Below, piece after piece: positions 62,310 through 64,000 of a DNA stretch of 64,000 nucleotides. Positions within the stretch are counted from its first letter, which is position 1. The number at the start of each line of letters is the position of its first letter. The DNA is from Dicyema japonicum. Taxonomy: Eukaryota > Animalia > Dicyemida. The notes beneath the pieces are model-generated. The model was not told the origin of the DNA and searched no databases. It saw only the letters and a program-made list of their open reading frames with translations. Position numbers and translations under genes: made by a program. Location: the NCBI GenBank assembly GCA_011109175.1, contig RDEW01000025.1:403990-467989 (forward strand), written 5' to 3'.

Positions 62310-63199
62310 ATTCAATTTTTTGTGATTTAATTTGTGTAATTTTTCTGCCATCGGTTTGAATTTCTTGCCGAGATTTGTTTTATGGGTTTTATAACCTAAC
62401 CCTAACCTGAGTAAAAGCGACTCAACCAAGGGCTCTCCATGCTGAGGAATACTGATCAGTTTTGAAGAAAACATCCACGTGTTTTTCTCCGAAATTAGGG
62501 TAGACACATCCTGAGCTCGATTGACTGCTGGTGGAACACTCAAGGAGAATCCGGGAATTAGTTGAAGCTGGATCACTTGATTAGTGGGCTTTGACGTTTT
62601 GTTTCTCGAGATATAATTATAGATTACATGAGAGAGTTTTAGCCAAAGTCTGTGACATAATAAAGTGCAACAATTGTTACATAATGAACGATTATAAGGA
62701 CGAATTAACGCTTTTGTGATACATCTCCGTGAACTTGGCTTTTTCTAGCACGAAAAATGTAAAATACAATCTTGGGTAAGTAAGTCGACAAGTTAATCGG
62801 TTGGAAGTTGAGGCTATGATGTACCTTTTTTATACGACATGTCTTTATCTCTTTTCTTTCACCCTCTCTTCTTGGTGGCCAAAACAATCATCTCTCGAAA
62901 AGTCTGATATATTATGTTTCATAAAAAGATAGCGTCGGATAGGCCTAAATTCAGATTCCACCAATCCCTTATATACTAAACTCACTTACTTAACATGTTT
63001 ATTATTTACTCACCCCCGCTCCCTCAAGTGAAGCAAACCGATGGTTAATAAAAGCGTAAAAGCTTATGGTTGATGTCCCACATATCTAATTAAGTGATCT
63101 GATGAGAAGACATACTATGTTACTTGAGATTATATAACAGACAAATGATGTCTTCTCAGTCCATTAGTTCGTCTATAGTCACGGGAAGGAATAATAATT

Positions 63200-64000
63200 G
63201 ACTTTCGTCCATCATGAATCAAAGGTAATGCAATAGAGGTAGGCATCTACTTCAGTCATCCTACCAATTAACCACTAGAATAACTGTTAATGTAGTCTTT
63301 AAAAACTTAAGAGATGTGAAAATCTATTATGTTAACAATTTTTGTTAGGAATTCCTTTGTGCTGTGTATATTTTTTAATATTGGCTGTAATCAGTAAATT
63401 TCCCTACTGACTATTCTCCGAGTATTATTTACCTTAGGATTAGACCATGATGGATATAACTCATAATGAAACAGGATCATATCGAATTCTTGTGTCTGTG
63501 TATACGGAATTATTAAACAGTCAGAAATACCAGGACTCAAAATTAAACACTCAAATTGACCAACTCATTTAATTTTTAACCTTCCTTAATATTCTATGGA
63601 ATAACCAATTATAGCTATTTTCCTACCGCGATCAAGTAAAGTTGAACTGCAATACACACGTGACAGTGAAAAAGTCTAATGTTGTGGTGGCATAAACATA
63701 AGTTAGGAGTATTATTGAGGTAGAACTCATATATTGGCAATACATTCGCGAATGCATTGTCTCCAAGTTAATTATGCCGGGGACAAGAGCTTACATCTAT
63801 TTTGAGGGGATGAGGACATGTAGCATATAAGAGCTATGTCACAGTGCACCAGAGTACCCCCGACAACTCGATCTTAACCATTTGGCAAATGGTCTGTGAT
63901 TTTAGCGAGGAAAAACGATAATTTAAGATAATTCCGAGAGACGACCTGCAGTGTGTTGTAGGACTGAAACTGTCTCCCCAAGTAGATATCTATAAAATGT
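63200..64000 (+). mobile_element. Degenerate CR1/L2-like LINE fragment
   Basis: It is the plus-strand homolog of 5380-5950 and 13330-13930 (DQVKLNCNTH, DNSERRPA). Confidence 0.5.

Noticed and set aside
62392-62408. Telomere-like taacctaaccctaacc
   Set aside because: It has fewer than three imperfect units and is internal, so it is compatible with chance.
62217-62576. 119-aa minus-strand ORF
   Set aside because: It has no recognisable motif and overlaps the last PSMD9 exon in antisense; it is probably incidental.
63103-63158. 11-bp inverted repeat preceded by CTGATGA (hammerhead, snoRNA or miRNA candidate)
   Set aside because: It is a single copy with no GAAA core, no properly placed D box and an unpaired interior.

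Overview
AT-rich nuclear DNA from a eukaryote, most likely an animal. No bacterial-type genes, rRNA, true tRNA or CRISPR array were seen. Most of the window is nested, decayed transposable elements: CR1/L2-like, CRE-like, R4-like, Jockey-like and Ingi/Vingi-like non-LTR retrotransposons; a tRNA-derived SINE in at least 7 copies; and hAT, Tc1-like and Ginger-type DNA transposon pieces. Small islands of host genes sit among them. Three genes can be spliced by hand into intact reading frames: DDX20/Gemin3 (15387-17703, 9 introns, 696 aa), a myosin essential light chain (17878-18458, 5 introns, 150 aa) and a PDZ-less PSMD9/Nas2 (61988-62309, 2 introns, 90 aa). All 16 of their introns are GT-AG and only 21-31 nt long. 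This fits a lineage with miniaturised but position-conserved introns, such as dicyemid mesozoans or possibly myxozoans; the taxon is an inference. Also present are two tandem LAMP-like type I membrane genes, a coiled-coil gene and a TPR relic, all with frame disruptions. The strongest leads are: (1) an Ingi/Vingi-like family combining a 2A StopGo motif, an HDV-ribozyme-like 5' end with covarying pairing, and internally deleted non-autonomous derivatives; (2) a hammerhead-shaped three-way junction on the antisense strand of the SINE; (3) repeated templated patchwork insertions, including an intron-containing piece of the myosin light chain gene inside a SINE 24 kb away; (4) a new tiny intron created by duplication in one LAMP-like paralog. 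TE boundaries are approximate, all family assignments rest on motifs recognised by eye, and no database search was run.
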